Of a stretch of 64,000 nucleotides of DNA, positions 1 through 10,551 are shown piece by piece. How positions within the stretch are numbered: the first letter of the stretch is position 1; every line of letters starts with the position of its first letter. The notes below the pieces were generated by a model. The model had not been told where the DNA came from, did no database searches, and worked only from the letters and a program-made list of their open reading frames with translations. The stretch is from Pelomyxa schiedti (Eukaryota; Protista; Evosea), in contig JAHLWZ010000171.1 in NCBI GenBank assembly GCA_020536535.1, positions 62,001 through 126,000 on the forward strand, read 5' to 3'. The position numbers and the translations under genes were made by a program.

Positions 1-989
1 CAGTATATAATTCTAAGTTTTGTGTTGTGTTGCGCTGCTTTTGAATTGCAGGGTGTATTAAAGTGTTTATGTTTAGGGACGCACTTTCAATAAGAAAGCC
101 GAGCCACCTTCAGCCCTGACATATCCATCAGCGTTGGAGCCAAAAGTGTTGCACCTGCCAGAGGAAGTTGTCATTCCGGCCCTGGAGACTGCCAGAGAGA
201 ACTGGGGCAGCAGAAGCTGGTTCGAAGCAGCCACCAAGGCCGAGGAGCACTCGCCCGCCCGCATGCTGCTGTACGCCAGGTGCAGCGCCACCAGGGAGCC
301 GCTGCAGGCCGTGTCGACCGTGAGGCTGGGCCCGCGGAAGTCGAAGAACCACGACAGGCGGTTGCTCAGCATCGCGAGGGCCGCGCCGTTGGCAGTGTAG
401 GGGGAGATGTCCGGCTCGCTCTGCATCAGTATCACCGGCCAGTCCACCCCGAAGCTGGCCACAAACACGCCCGTCGAGTTCCCCCCGGGCAGCACCTTCC
501 TCGTGCACGAGGAGGACGAGGCGACGGGGAAGGGCTCCCCGGCGTCTGCGAGGGCCTCGCAGGAGAGCTGCAGGAGTTGGTGCTGGACTGGGCCCAGGAA
601 GGAGGCTTCTTTGCCGGAGAGGCCGAAGAAGGAGGGGTCGGCGCTGGTGACCGGCTCCTCGAGGGTGCCGGCGTAGGGGGTTTTGATCTTGCCTGGCCCG
701 CAGTGCACGCCCGTGTCGAGCTTGTAGGCCGGGATCTGCCGAACGGCGTCGGCGCATTCGTGCAGGAGCTGGTAATATTCGTCGAGGTTTCTCGCGGTGG
801 GAAATTTACAGCTGGTGCCGATTACTGCCACGAGAAATCTGTTCGTTCGTTATTGGTGGGGTGGAATGTTTAATTGGGGTGTCGGCGGAAAGGAAAAGAA
901 AACCGCGAAGTAATGATGACGGGAATAGGAACGGTTTGGGAAAATGTGGAAAACAACCTGTCGTTGCCTGCATCATCACCACCGGACAT
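1..989 (-). CDS. Type I polyketide/fatty-acid synthase, N-terminal ketosynthase domain (gene continues past the window start)
   Basis: ORF 73..831 has KS motifs VAVIGTSCKFP, SNRLSWFFDFRGPSLTVDTACSGSLVALH (catalytic Cys) and ADGYVRAEG. ATG at 989 (MSGGDDAGND) joins the ORF via a GT-AG intron. Confidence 0.9.
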
Positions 990-1382
990 TGCCTTGTTTC
1001 GGGCTGTTGTTGATACAACAAGAAGAAAAATAAAAACAGTCTGTTACGGTAGGAACCGCCTGTGTGTGATTAAAAACTGCAATTACATTCCCATATATTT
1101 CGCATATGCTTGTTGTTGACCGCTGACTTCAGACACACCCCATTTTGAGCAACTGTTCCCTGATCACCGGCCGGAATGTCCCAAATCTCATCACATCAGA
1201 TTCATCTTGCCCTCTCTAAGAAAGCGAATTCTGATCTCGTCTGAACATTCCAACCGACACCCCAACGCGGAAGGTGCGCCAATCCAGGGTTTTCGTCTCT
1301 CTTCTAACACCAAAGCAAACAACCAACTCAACGCCAACAAAAAAAAAAAAAAAAAAATACCAAGCTAGGTGACGCGCCGCGC

Positions 1383-4300
1383 ATGTCGTCACCGACGTCG
1401 ATGTCGGTGCCGACGACGATGGCGAGCACCACCACCACGCCGACCACTACGTCGTCGCCGATGAGAGTGATGTGGAGGTCGCGCGCGTCGTTCGCCGCCG
1501 AGGAGGCCGGCGTCCCGCTGGCGCGCAGCTGCCACACCACCACGCTCGTCCCCGCCGACAACGACGAGGAGATCGCGCTCGTTTTCGGCGGGTACCTCAG
1601 CCACCACTCGGCGTTCAAGGTCGCGCCGCCGTCGTCGTCCCCGCCCTCCTCCTCGTCCTCGATGTCGATGGCGGCGGCGGCGGCGTCGGCTTCGTCCTCG
1701 GCGTCTTCGTCGTCCGCGTCGTCGGCGTCCTCGTCGGCGTCGTCTTCGTCGGGGCTGGGGTCCGGCGGCGGCGGCGTCTCGAGCGTGACTGGGCCCAACA
1801 GCCTCATGATGATGTCTGCGTCGTCGTCGCTCGCGGCGTCGCCGATGCCTCCTCTGCCACCGCCGCTGATAATTCCGGGAGGTGCCGGGGGAGGTTCTGG
1901 GAGTTCTATGTCGATGGGGATGGGAATGGGATGCAGTGGTTCTATGATGCTATCCAACGCACCTGTCTCGGTGTCGCAGAGTGGCGGTGGATTGTCATCT
2001 GTTGTGAATTCTGTTTCGGCTTCTGCATCATCCAGTGCATCTTCAGGAATATCTACACTGGGTACTGCAGCGTTGGGAGTTCCGAGGATAAAGGAATCCA
2101 ATGAACTGTTTGCTTTTGAGGTTTTTTTTTTTGTTTTTCAACCAATTGGGAAGGAGCTGCACTAACTTCTTATTTTTAAGTTCGATGTCAATGGAGAATC
2201 AAACGGTCGCTGGAGCAAGCCCAAGGTAAAAGGCGATCTTCCTGGGTACCGCTATTGCCACACTGCCGATTACTACAGTGGCTCAGTTGTTCTATTCGGT
2301 GGGTTTGATGGCAGTAATAGACATAACGAAGTATATGTGCTCGACTTGGGTATTTTCCTTCCACCCTTTCTTCTCTTAACCTTTTTCTCTGTCTTATTTG
2401 TCCAGCAACTTTAACATGGAGACAAGTTCGCACTTCCGGACAGGAGCCAGAACATTTAAGGTACAGCATATAGCAGCCCTTGCATCACTAATGATGAAAC
2501 CCAAGTCATCACACAACAAGTATTTTTGGGAATCAATTAATTGTATTTGGTGGTTTGAATGATGCTGGCAAGATAAGAAATGAACTGTATATGCTTGATC
2601 TTTGTGTGTTCCACATCAATTGGAAGTTGTATTTATGATTCTCAAAAAGGCACCATGACTTGGGCCCGACCTGAACTCACTGGGTCACCCCCTGGGCCAC
2701 GACTATCTTCTTCTTCTGCTGTAACATCTCGAAACTCTGGATCACTATTTAACATAGCTAGGTATATGGGCATAAATTTTGGGTATTTGGAGGGTATGAC
2801 GGGAAGAGTCGAATGAATGACGTGCACTGTCTGGATTTCTGTGCGCTTACTTTTTCTGTTGTATTTCTTACATGTAGAAGCAACCATGAGATGGTCGAGA
2901 CCTGTAATTTCTGGGCAACCTCCTTGTCCCAGGTCACTTTAAGTTTTTCTGTGAGGAAATTGTTTTTTTGTCATTAAATGGGATGTAACACTAAAACTCG
3001 CCTAGATATAGCCACAGCATGACAAAAGATCGAAATTTTCTACTCGTTTTTGGAGGAGATGATGGAAGCATGTACCAGCTTGACGATTTGTATATTTTAG
3101 ATTTAGGTTTACACTTCTGCTCTCTCAATATTAAAATCCTTATTTGCTCTCAAAAAAAGATGCGTTAAGGTGGATAATGCCCACTCGTCCCGAGGGTACA
3201 ACTTGGCCAGATCCAAGAAAAAATCACACTTCAGTTATTCACAAAGGGTACATGTATATTTTTGGGGGAAGTGGGAAGCTCATGCAAACACCCACTATCT
3301 CTGATACTTTCAGTCTCAATTTACGTAAGTTCTGAGGCACCCACTTTCCTCCATTCAATCCTACTAGGCACCATACCCGACCTCCGTGTCCTGAGTTTTG
3401 ATGAAGCCACAGACGCCATACAGCGCGACTTGCGCACTCTTGCCCTGATGCATTCCGCCACCCCAGCCACGGGTTTATATCATACCACACATCACCACGA
3501 CGATTCTCACCGAGTAATTGGCACACGCACTACTCCACTATCACAGCAATGGGTTGTTCCCAGCACTGTACAGCCTTCAGCAACACCATCAATGTCTACA
3601 TCACCCACGTCCTCTGAACCTTTGACCCTGGTTTCCGGCTGCAATTACTGTAACGCCAACTGAAAACGTTCAATCGCTAACAAAAGTGTGCAGCCCTACC
3701 AGAAGTCAAACAGAGAGTTGACTCAGTTGTCAACATTTTGAGAACACAATTCAATCAACTTCACAAGCAAATGGATCAATTTACACAAGAAAGGTTCACA
3801 TCATTCTTTCTCTCTGCTGATGTTGATTATGTCTAACCACCACACAGGCAACAATTCGAAGAACTAGTAGAAAAGGAACGGTTGCACCAAAAAGAAATGG
3901 AAAGCCTAGCAGCCACCTGCATTGGCTCTTCCCAACGAATAATCACACTCAACGTTGGTGGAACGGTATACTCCCTTTACTTGAGCGCCTAATGAACCAA
4001 CTATTCAGAGATATGACACTTCCATCAACACACTCACCAAAGACAAGAACTCTATGTTGGCCGTAATGTTTGGCGGTAAATGTTCGCATGCTTCATACTT
4101 TATTATATGAACCAAAACAAACAGGTCGTTATGAAGTAACAGTTTCACCTGATGGCTCAGTCTTTCTAGATAGAGATGGGACCCACTTCAAGTACATTCT
4201 GAATTATCTCCGCGACGGTCACGTCAGCCTCACAAGAGATAAGTTACTATTAAAGCAGGTTGTAATGCTGAGTTTCTGTTTGGTTTTACGTTAATTCATT

Positions 4301-4419
4301 TCCAGCTCCTGCAAGAAGCCGAATTTTACCAGCTGGAAGGCCTGAAAACACACATCAAAGAGAAACTCCAAAAGACTCGGCAAACCACACCTTCCCCCAT
4401 AGAGCCACAAATACCTTAA
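1383..4419 (+). CDS. Kelch-repeat protein with C-terminal BTB/POZ (KCTD/T1-type) domain, multi-exon
   Basis: Repeated Kelch blades after splicing (RYCHTA..VVLFGGFDG, FWVFGGYDG, PRKNHTSVIHKGYMYIFGG). BTB motifs ITLNVGGT..YDTSINTL, VFLDRDGTHFKYILNYLRDG and LLQEAEFYQL. Stop at 4417-4419. Confidence 0.88.
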
Positions 4420-4706
4420 CAATAGCATGGTACACACCTATGTAAGTCTAATAGACTGTGTTTTCTAACCTTTTTTGCATACTTCAAGTTACTTGAAAAG
4501 AGATCAACCGGCGAACGAGGGAAACAAAAAAAAAAAAAAAAGGAAAACTACAGAAAACAAAATTTGTCACGAGAACTTGTGAAGCCTAACCCGGCTCGTG
4601 TGTCACGGACCAACATGCCTTTTTTCGAAAAAAAATAACCCAAGCATAACGACAGATCTACGCAAGTCAAGAACAAACCAACACTTAGAGGTGGTAGTAT
4701 AGCGAC

Positions 4707-6402
4707 ATGAAGCCTGAACCTCTTCCTGACGGAGAAATTTCCGACGATGACGAGAGCGATCCAGGATTCGTCGAGTATACGTCCAAGTACCGAACGCTCG
4801 AGACGTTGGGCCAGTGTGTAATTTTGGTTCCACGTCGTTGTTCTACTTAAATTTTGGTACAGTGGTGGTTTCTCTGTTGTCAAGAAGGCAGTTTGTCTGG
4901 AGAACAACCAGTTTGTTGCTGTTAAGATAGTTCCTCTGTCATATGCGCAGCCTGCAATTCTTGAGCGAGAAATTGACATCATGAAGAAAATCGGGCGTCA
5001 CCCAAACATCCTTGAACTGTTTGCTGTTTTCACCACAAAGAAGGTATGTTGCCCTTCTCTATTTCAGTATGAAACGCAATGAAGAACGTGTACATTGTGA
5101 TGGAGCTTGCTACTGGTGGTGAGGTTTTTGACCACATTGTGAATCATGGTGAATACTCCGAAAGGGATGCTAGTATCGTTGTTCGGCAGGTTCTCCTTCA
5201 ACGTTCATAATTAAAATGATAATCGGAACAGATCGTTGAAGCTATCGACTATTTGCATAATCAAGGAATAGCACACCGAGATCTGTTTGTTACTCTCATT
5301 CATTAGTATCACCTTCTAACAACCTTTATTCCCCATCCCTCCTTCTGCCCTGTAGTAAGGTTTGCAACGATTTTACCGTGTTTTCCTTTACTTACTTTCT
5401 GTAGCCACAGAATCTTCTGTGCACAGGGAAAGGACCCACAGACATAAGATTGGCTGATTTTGGGTACTTTACATAAAAAACCTACGTAATCGATCTAAGA
5501 ACCTTTTGGTTGAAAGTTTGTCCAAGATCTTTTCGCAGCACACTATGATGCGAACTTGCTGTGGGAGTCCTGGTGTGCGCTCAACAACAATAAAACACCA
5601 CTAATGAAATGCAGAGTATGTAGGTACAATGTCACTGCTGCCTTTTTTCTGTTCTGATACCTCCATTACAAGCTCCGGAAGTCCTACAGTGCACCGAGTA
5701 TGACCACCAAGTGGATATGTGGAGTATTGGCGTTATCATTTACATCTTGTAAGTAGAATTTTAAAATCGATGTGTTACTTTACTGAAAAAAAAAAAGACT
5801 GACAGGATGCTTTCCGTTCTGGCACGAAAACGTGGCTGAACTTTACAAGCGTATTCTTGCTGGTGCTTACCGTTGGCCAGATAGGCCTGCAGTTTCTGAC
5901 CAAGGTTAGAGCAAACTGCCGTAGTTTTTCCCTTTTGTAATATTCCTCTAGCTAAGGACTTGGTCTCCAAGTTGCTTATCAAGGATCCAACGGCTCGACT
6001 TACGGCTAAGCAGTGCTTAGATCATCCTTGGATAAAAGTACAGTACATATTCAATTCCTCTACTTAATCCATTTCCAGGGTGCAGCACCTGCAGAGATAG
6101 GAGAGCGTAACTGGAATGATGTACAAAGCCGACGACATCCCCCAGCTGAACCCAAGCTACCAACTACAGCAACACCAACCACTACTACCGCCACCTCGTC
6201 ACACCACGATCATCACCACCACCATCACCATCATCACGACCACGAGCACGACCACGACCACTCCCATAAGCACCATGGTGACGCTTCACACCACAAGCAT
6301 CACAAGCATTCATCCAGATCATCGCAGTCTCCTTCTCCCGCCCCTCCCAAGGCAGCTCCCACCACAAGCGCAACCACAACTACCTCCGCTTCAGGCTTGT
6401 GA
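4707..6402 (+). CDS. CaMK-family Ser/Thr protein kinase (CaMK1/MLCK-A-like) with His-rich C-terminal tail
   Basis: Spliced motifs [66 protein letters not shown] and HPWIK. Confidence 0.93.
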
Positions 6403-6512
6403 GCACTCGGTACAGTCCCACCCACCACCAAAAAGCCCCCCAACAACAAAAAAAAAGTCTTTTTCAACCCATAAACCCTATTAAATAAACTCCCAATTTG
6501 GCAAAAACTATT

Positions 6513-7541
6513 TTAACGGTATGATTTCTGGTAGCGAGCACGAGCACCTGGGCCTCCAAACTTCTTGGGCTCACAGCGACGGGGATCTGCAACGAGGAGT
6601 GACCGGTCGTAGTTGAGCAGCTTATCTTTGATCTCCTTCTTGGCGGCTTCATCAACAACTATGAGGAACAAACACTATTAGTGGTTGCCCAGAGGGAGGA
6701 ATTTACTTACATTTTTGGTAGTAGGCAACAATACTCTTGGCGATGGCTTGTCGGATGGCTGGGGATGAATATAAGTGTTTTACAAAGTAGCAGAAATAGT
6801 GGAATAGTAGGGCTTGTAAAAGGCACACCATAAAGCTGTGATACACGGCCACCACCCTTGACTCTTAGTTTTATATCCAAGTGCCCAAAAACGGATTTGC
6901 CAAGAAGCAGCAGAGGTTCCAGCACTTTTGTGCGCAAGAGCTCAGGAGTAATGAGGTCAATTGGGGCTCCATTTAGGCGTACATGTCCATGTCCCTCCCG
7001 GCATAAAGAAACAGCTACTGCAGTTTTCTGCCGATTGTGAGAAAGGTTATGTTAGTACACGGAGAGAAAGAAAAAAGGGAAACGGCTTAGGTACCTTTCT
7101 TCCAAAGACTTGAACGAATTTCCTTGGAACACCTGCCTTGGGCTTACTGGACTTTGGCTTCACAGGCGTTTTTGCTTTGGAGGAAGGATTTTTTTGTGCC
7201 CCCACAACCTTGGGCTTTGCCACTGGTCTGGTGGCAATTTGCTCAACTGGCTTTGCTTTGGTTTCAGTGGCTTTAGCTGGCACCTGAGTCGGATTTGGCT
7301 TTGCTTCTGCTTTCGGGCTGGGCTCGTGCTCGGTCCTGGGCTTTTTAGGAGCCGGGGCCTTGTCGGTTTTCAATTCAGGGGCTGGAAGTTTCTTGGGCGC
7401 GGTTGGCTTCTCTGTCTCCTTTGAGGCCTTTGTGGTCCTGGCTTTTTTCTTTGCCGCCGTCGGCTTGGCTGCTGCGGACGCCGGCACTTTGGAATCGGCG
7501 ACACCAGCCGGGGGCTCTTTCTCTGCGGTCGTTGAAGACAT
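6513..7541 (-). CDS. RPS16: 40S ribosomal protein S16 (uS9) with long Lys/Pro/Ala-rich N-terminal extension
   Basis: [24 protein letters not shown] and C-terminal [31 protein letters not shown] (stop 6513-6515). Exon 1 spans 7541-7095. Confidence 0.93.
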
Positions 7542-7768
7542 TATTGCAATTAAATTAGTGTGCTCTGGTACCTGATGTATTGACTCAAGAAGCTCAAGCC
7601 TTGGTCTTTGGGGAGAGCTGGAAAATCCCAGTGAATGCACTCTTGTGAGGGACCCTGCGGGAAGTTTCTGAATGGAGGGGGTAAGGGATCATTACAACAG
7701 AACGGAGTGTCAGTTCCAACCAGCGTAAACGAGTTCGGCCCCAACCGGAAGATTCACACAATCAACGC

Positions 7769-8943
7769 ATGTTCCTCAACTGTTTCTCACAAAAAAAATT
7801 AGAAACACAAGCCAACACAGCAGCCCTCCTGGAGCACACTCCGCCCCGCCGTTGCAACTGCGGCCTCCTCGCCCGCAGCGTTGCCCCCTGCAGCACCGCC
7901 ACTCCCCATTGGAGGCGCCCTCCCATAATCCCGTGCGACGGGTGCCTGGGCCTGCTCGCTGACCAGCTGCAATCTCGCAGCCAGTGCCTCGTCACGTCGT
8001 CGCCGTCCTCCCGTGCCTTCCACGACGAGACTCTTGCGTTGGTACCCCTTGGTGTCTATCTCTCCACGTGTGTTTATTTGTCCCTTCGTATTCCCAATGG
8101 GTGCTTGGCCAGCCTTGCCAACCCGCGCACAAAAAAAAAAATAGCATTCCTGGCAACACCAACATTAAGCTGAAAATTTCTATCATTTTTGACAAAAGAC
8201 CTGTCTGTTTAGGGTGATGAGAAAGACTGCATCTTGCAGTTATTGTCTGGTGCTCACACTTGTATATATAGACAGAATAAAGACCAGGCACCCTGGTTTT
8301 ATAATTTCAGATACTACACTTCACCGTTTGTTCCTGGGGTGGTATGCAATTAATGGCACACTTTTTTCTGTTTAACCTGTTGATCAGTATCCTTGTGTCA
8401 ACGAAACACTGGGAGGACTCTTATTACAGTAATTCTTATTTGGCGTCTGCTAGTGGAGTTTCTATTGACCAACTCAATGCTATGGAGCTACAACTTCTCT
8501 CTCTCTTAGGCTTCAGGTTATATGTCTCTCCTTCCAAGTATCAGTTCTACCTGGACTCCATTTTGGTACCACTGCCAGGTAACCTAATGTCAATGTTAAT
8601 CTCCTGTAAACTGATTGAAAATAAGGCCCACAGCACCTCCCATTACTTACCCCAATGCGAACCTCTTTTGTTTCCACTAGAATTTCCACTTCCACAAGCC
8701 ACACACATCCCTCAGTACTCACCCACACATCTAAGTCATTCACGCTAGGCCATCAGACTGGTGCGCAACTGCATAGGCCTGGTGAACCTTCACCCAGTAG
8801 AGAATCCATTCAACATACACCTTTCCTTAACCAACTCTACGTTCCTGTCAACAGTATTCACGGCATGAAGAGCAACAGCTGCAAATCGTTGAGGAGTTCC
8901 ACATCTAATACACTGCCCAACACCACCGCCACTTCAAACAACC
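7769..8943 (+). CDS. PHO80/cyclin P(U)-type cyclin; start uncertain, 3' end probably in the gap
   Basis: Spliced LVLTLVYIDRI..HRLFLGCILVSTKHWEDSYYSNSYLASASGVSIDQLNAMELQLLSLLGFRLYV matches the PHO80-type cyclin box. Confidence 0.82.
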
Positions 8944-9043
8944 NNNNNNNNNNNNNNNNNNNNNNNNNNNNNNNNNNNNNNNNNNNNNNNNNNNNNNNNN
9001 NNNNNNNNNNNNNNNNNNNNNNNNNNNNNNNNNNNNNNNNNNN
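8944..9043. other. Scaffold gap (100 N)
   Basis: Run of N. Confidence 1.
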
Positions 9044-10465
9044 CTCAGAGAAGGAGAGCAGAGTATTTGCCACTTGAGAAGGATCCTAGGAAAAGGTGAA
9101 TGATAGAACAGTAATTGTGGGGGATGTACATCTTCATGAACAAGGTGCCCACATGTTGGCATGACTTTGAGCTGGAACTTTCCTTGCATGTGTGCTATCA
9201 TCAAAGGCTTATCTAGTCTGTCAGTGCCTGCCAGAATAAGAAGCTTTCCACCAGGAGCCCTGAGAAATTCTTCGGAAAGGTTGTTGAACCAACCTGCCAT
9301 AAGGTTAAGGGTGTTGGATAATTTAGAGAAATGGCTGACCTGGCCAGAACCTTTCAGTGCATGCCAATTCTGAGCGCCATACATACTCCCCACTGGAACT
9401 CAGAACAAATAGAGCTGGGACGGAGACTTGGGCAGATACGGGATTTCTTGTGCCACCAGAGGCAAGGCTAAACTTTACAGAAAATAAAAAGGTTAAAAAG
9501 AGGTTTCAATGGGTGCAGCAACTTATATGTGATAGCCTGTTCTATGGAGGGGAATGACCGTGGTCTACTCTGAAGGATACTTCTCATAGATGGGAGAGCA
9601 CCAAGTGCCGTACCTTCCACTACATCCAATACAACAATTCCACTCACTTGCGGTCTTAATCTCGGGAGAGTGGAAGCTTTAACCACAATTCCACCTCCCA
9701 TGCTGCAAAGTGTAAGGCCCTTTAATAAGGAGTAGAAAGTGACCTGTGACCAACGAGAAAGAGTGGATTTGTGTTCCCGGGCATCATTGTTTCAATAACC
9801 GAGGCCACATCATCACAGAGTGTAGTCACAGATAAATCCACATCGTTCTCAGTTGTTGTAAGTCCTTTAAATTAAAATGTGAGCCCCAATTCTGGGGGAG
9901 AAGTGGAACGTAGCGGGTGGGGAAAAATAACCATGTGCTCGCATGTCAATGCAGTAAATAGTGCAGTTTGTACTCTGAGCTATGTGGGCACTCACAATTG
10001 CAAAAGACATAGCAGAGTGCCCTGCCCCATGAACCATAAAGAACACTGGGTGCCTCAAAGTTCTATCTCCCACTCCCTCTCGTACATACACTCTAAATTT
10101 CTTCACAAACACCAAAAAGGGTGTCCCATAAGTGAAAGAAACGATGGTACAACAACAACAACAAAAAAAAAAAAAGACAGACTGAACACAACAATCAATC
10201 AGTAGTGTTGATTAGCACGCACCCCTCTAGATGGCACCACAACATCCTCTGCCCTATCAAAATACTCTCTCCAGGCATCGGGGTGGATCGCCAATTTGAC
10301 CTCCCCCTTCTCATCGGCATTATGGGATGCGTCAGCCTCAGTCGGCGGGCATTCGCTACTGCTGCTTGTGGTAATAGAGCGAGGAAGTGGCGGTGGCCCC
10401 ATTGGTCCACCTTGTTGCTGCTGCTGTTGTTGGGCCAGCTTGCGCCGGAATATCTCCTGCTGCAT
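9044..10465 (-). CDS. PPME1: Protein phosphatase methylesterase 1 (alpha/beta hydrolase), 3' end truncated by the gap
   Basis: MVHGAGHSAMSF, IDMRAHG, spliced GHSMGG nucleophile motif, VLDVVEGTAL, LLILAGTDRLDKPLMIAHMQGKFQL and CGHLVHED. Confidence 0.9.
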
Positions 10466-10551
10466 TTGTGATGATTGCCTGGCTTTAACAAAGAGTAGTT
10501 ATTCAAAAAACCAAAAATGGAAAATTTTGGTGCTGTGATCAGGTTTGTGTA

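Noticed and set aside
128-873. Overlapping long alternative-frame ORFs over the PKS (similarly at 1328-2104, 28855-29628 and 56763-57481)
   Set aside because: Stop codons are scarce in GC-rich first exons, and these frames show no recognisable domains.
1383-6402. Alternative genetic code or non-canonical splicing to explain fragmented ORFs
   Set aside because: Every junction I reconstructed is explained by standard GT-AG introns and the standard code.
7542-7640. Further upstream extension of RPS16 from the ORF-track start at 7640
   Set aside because: That start is not ATG, and splicing the apparent upstream donor puts a stop in frame, so ATG 7541 was preferred.
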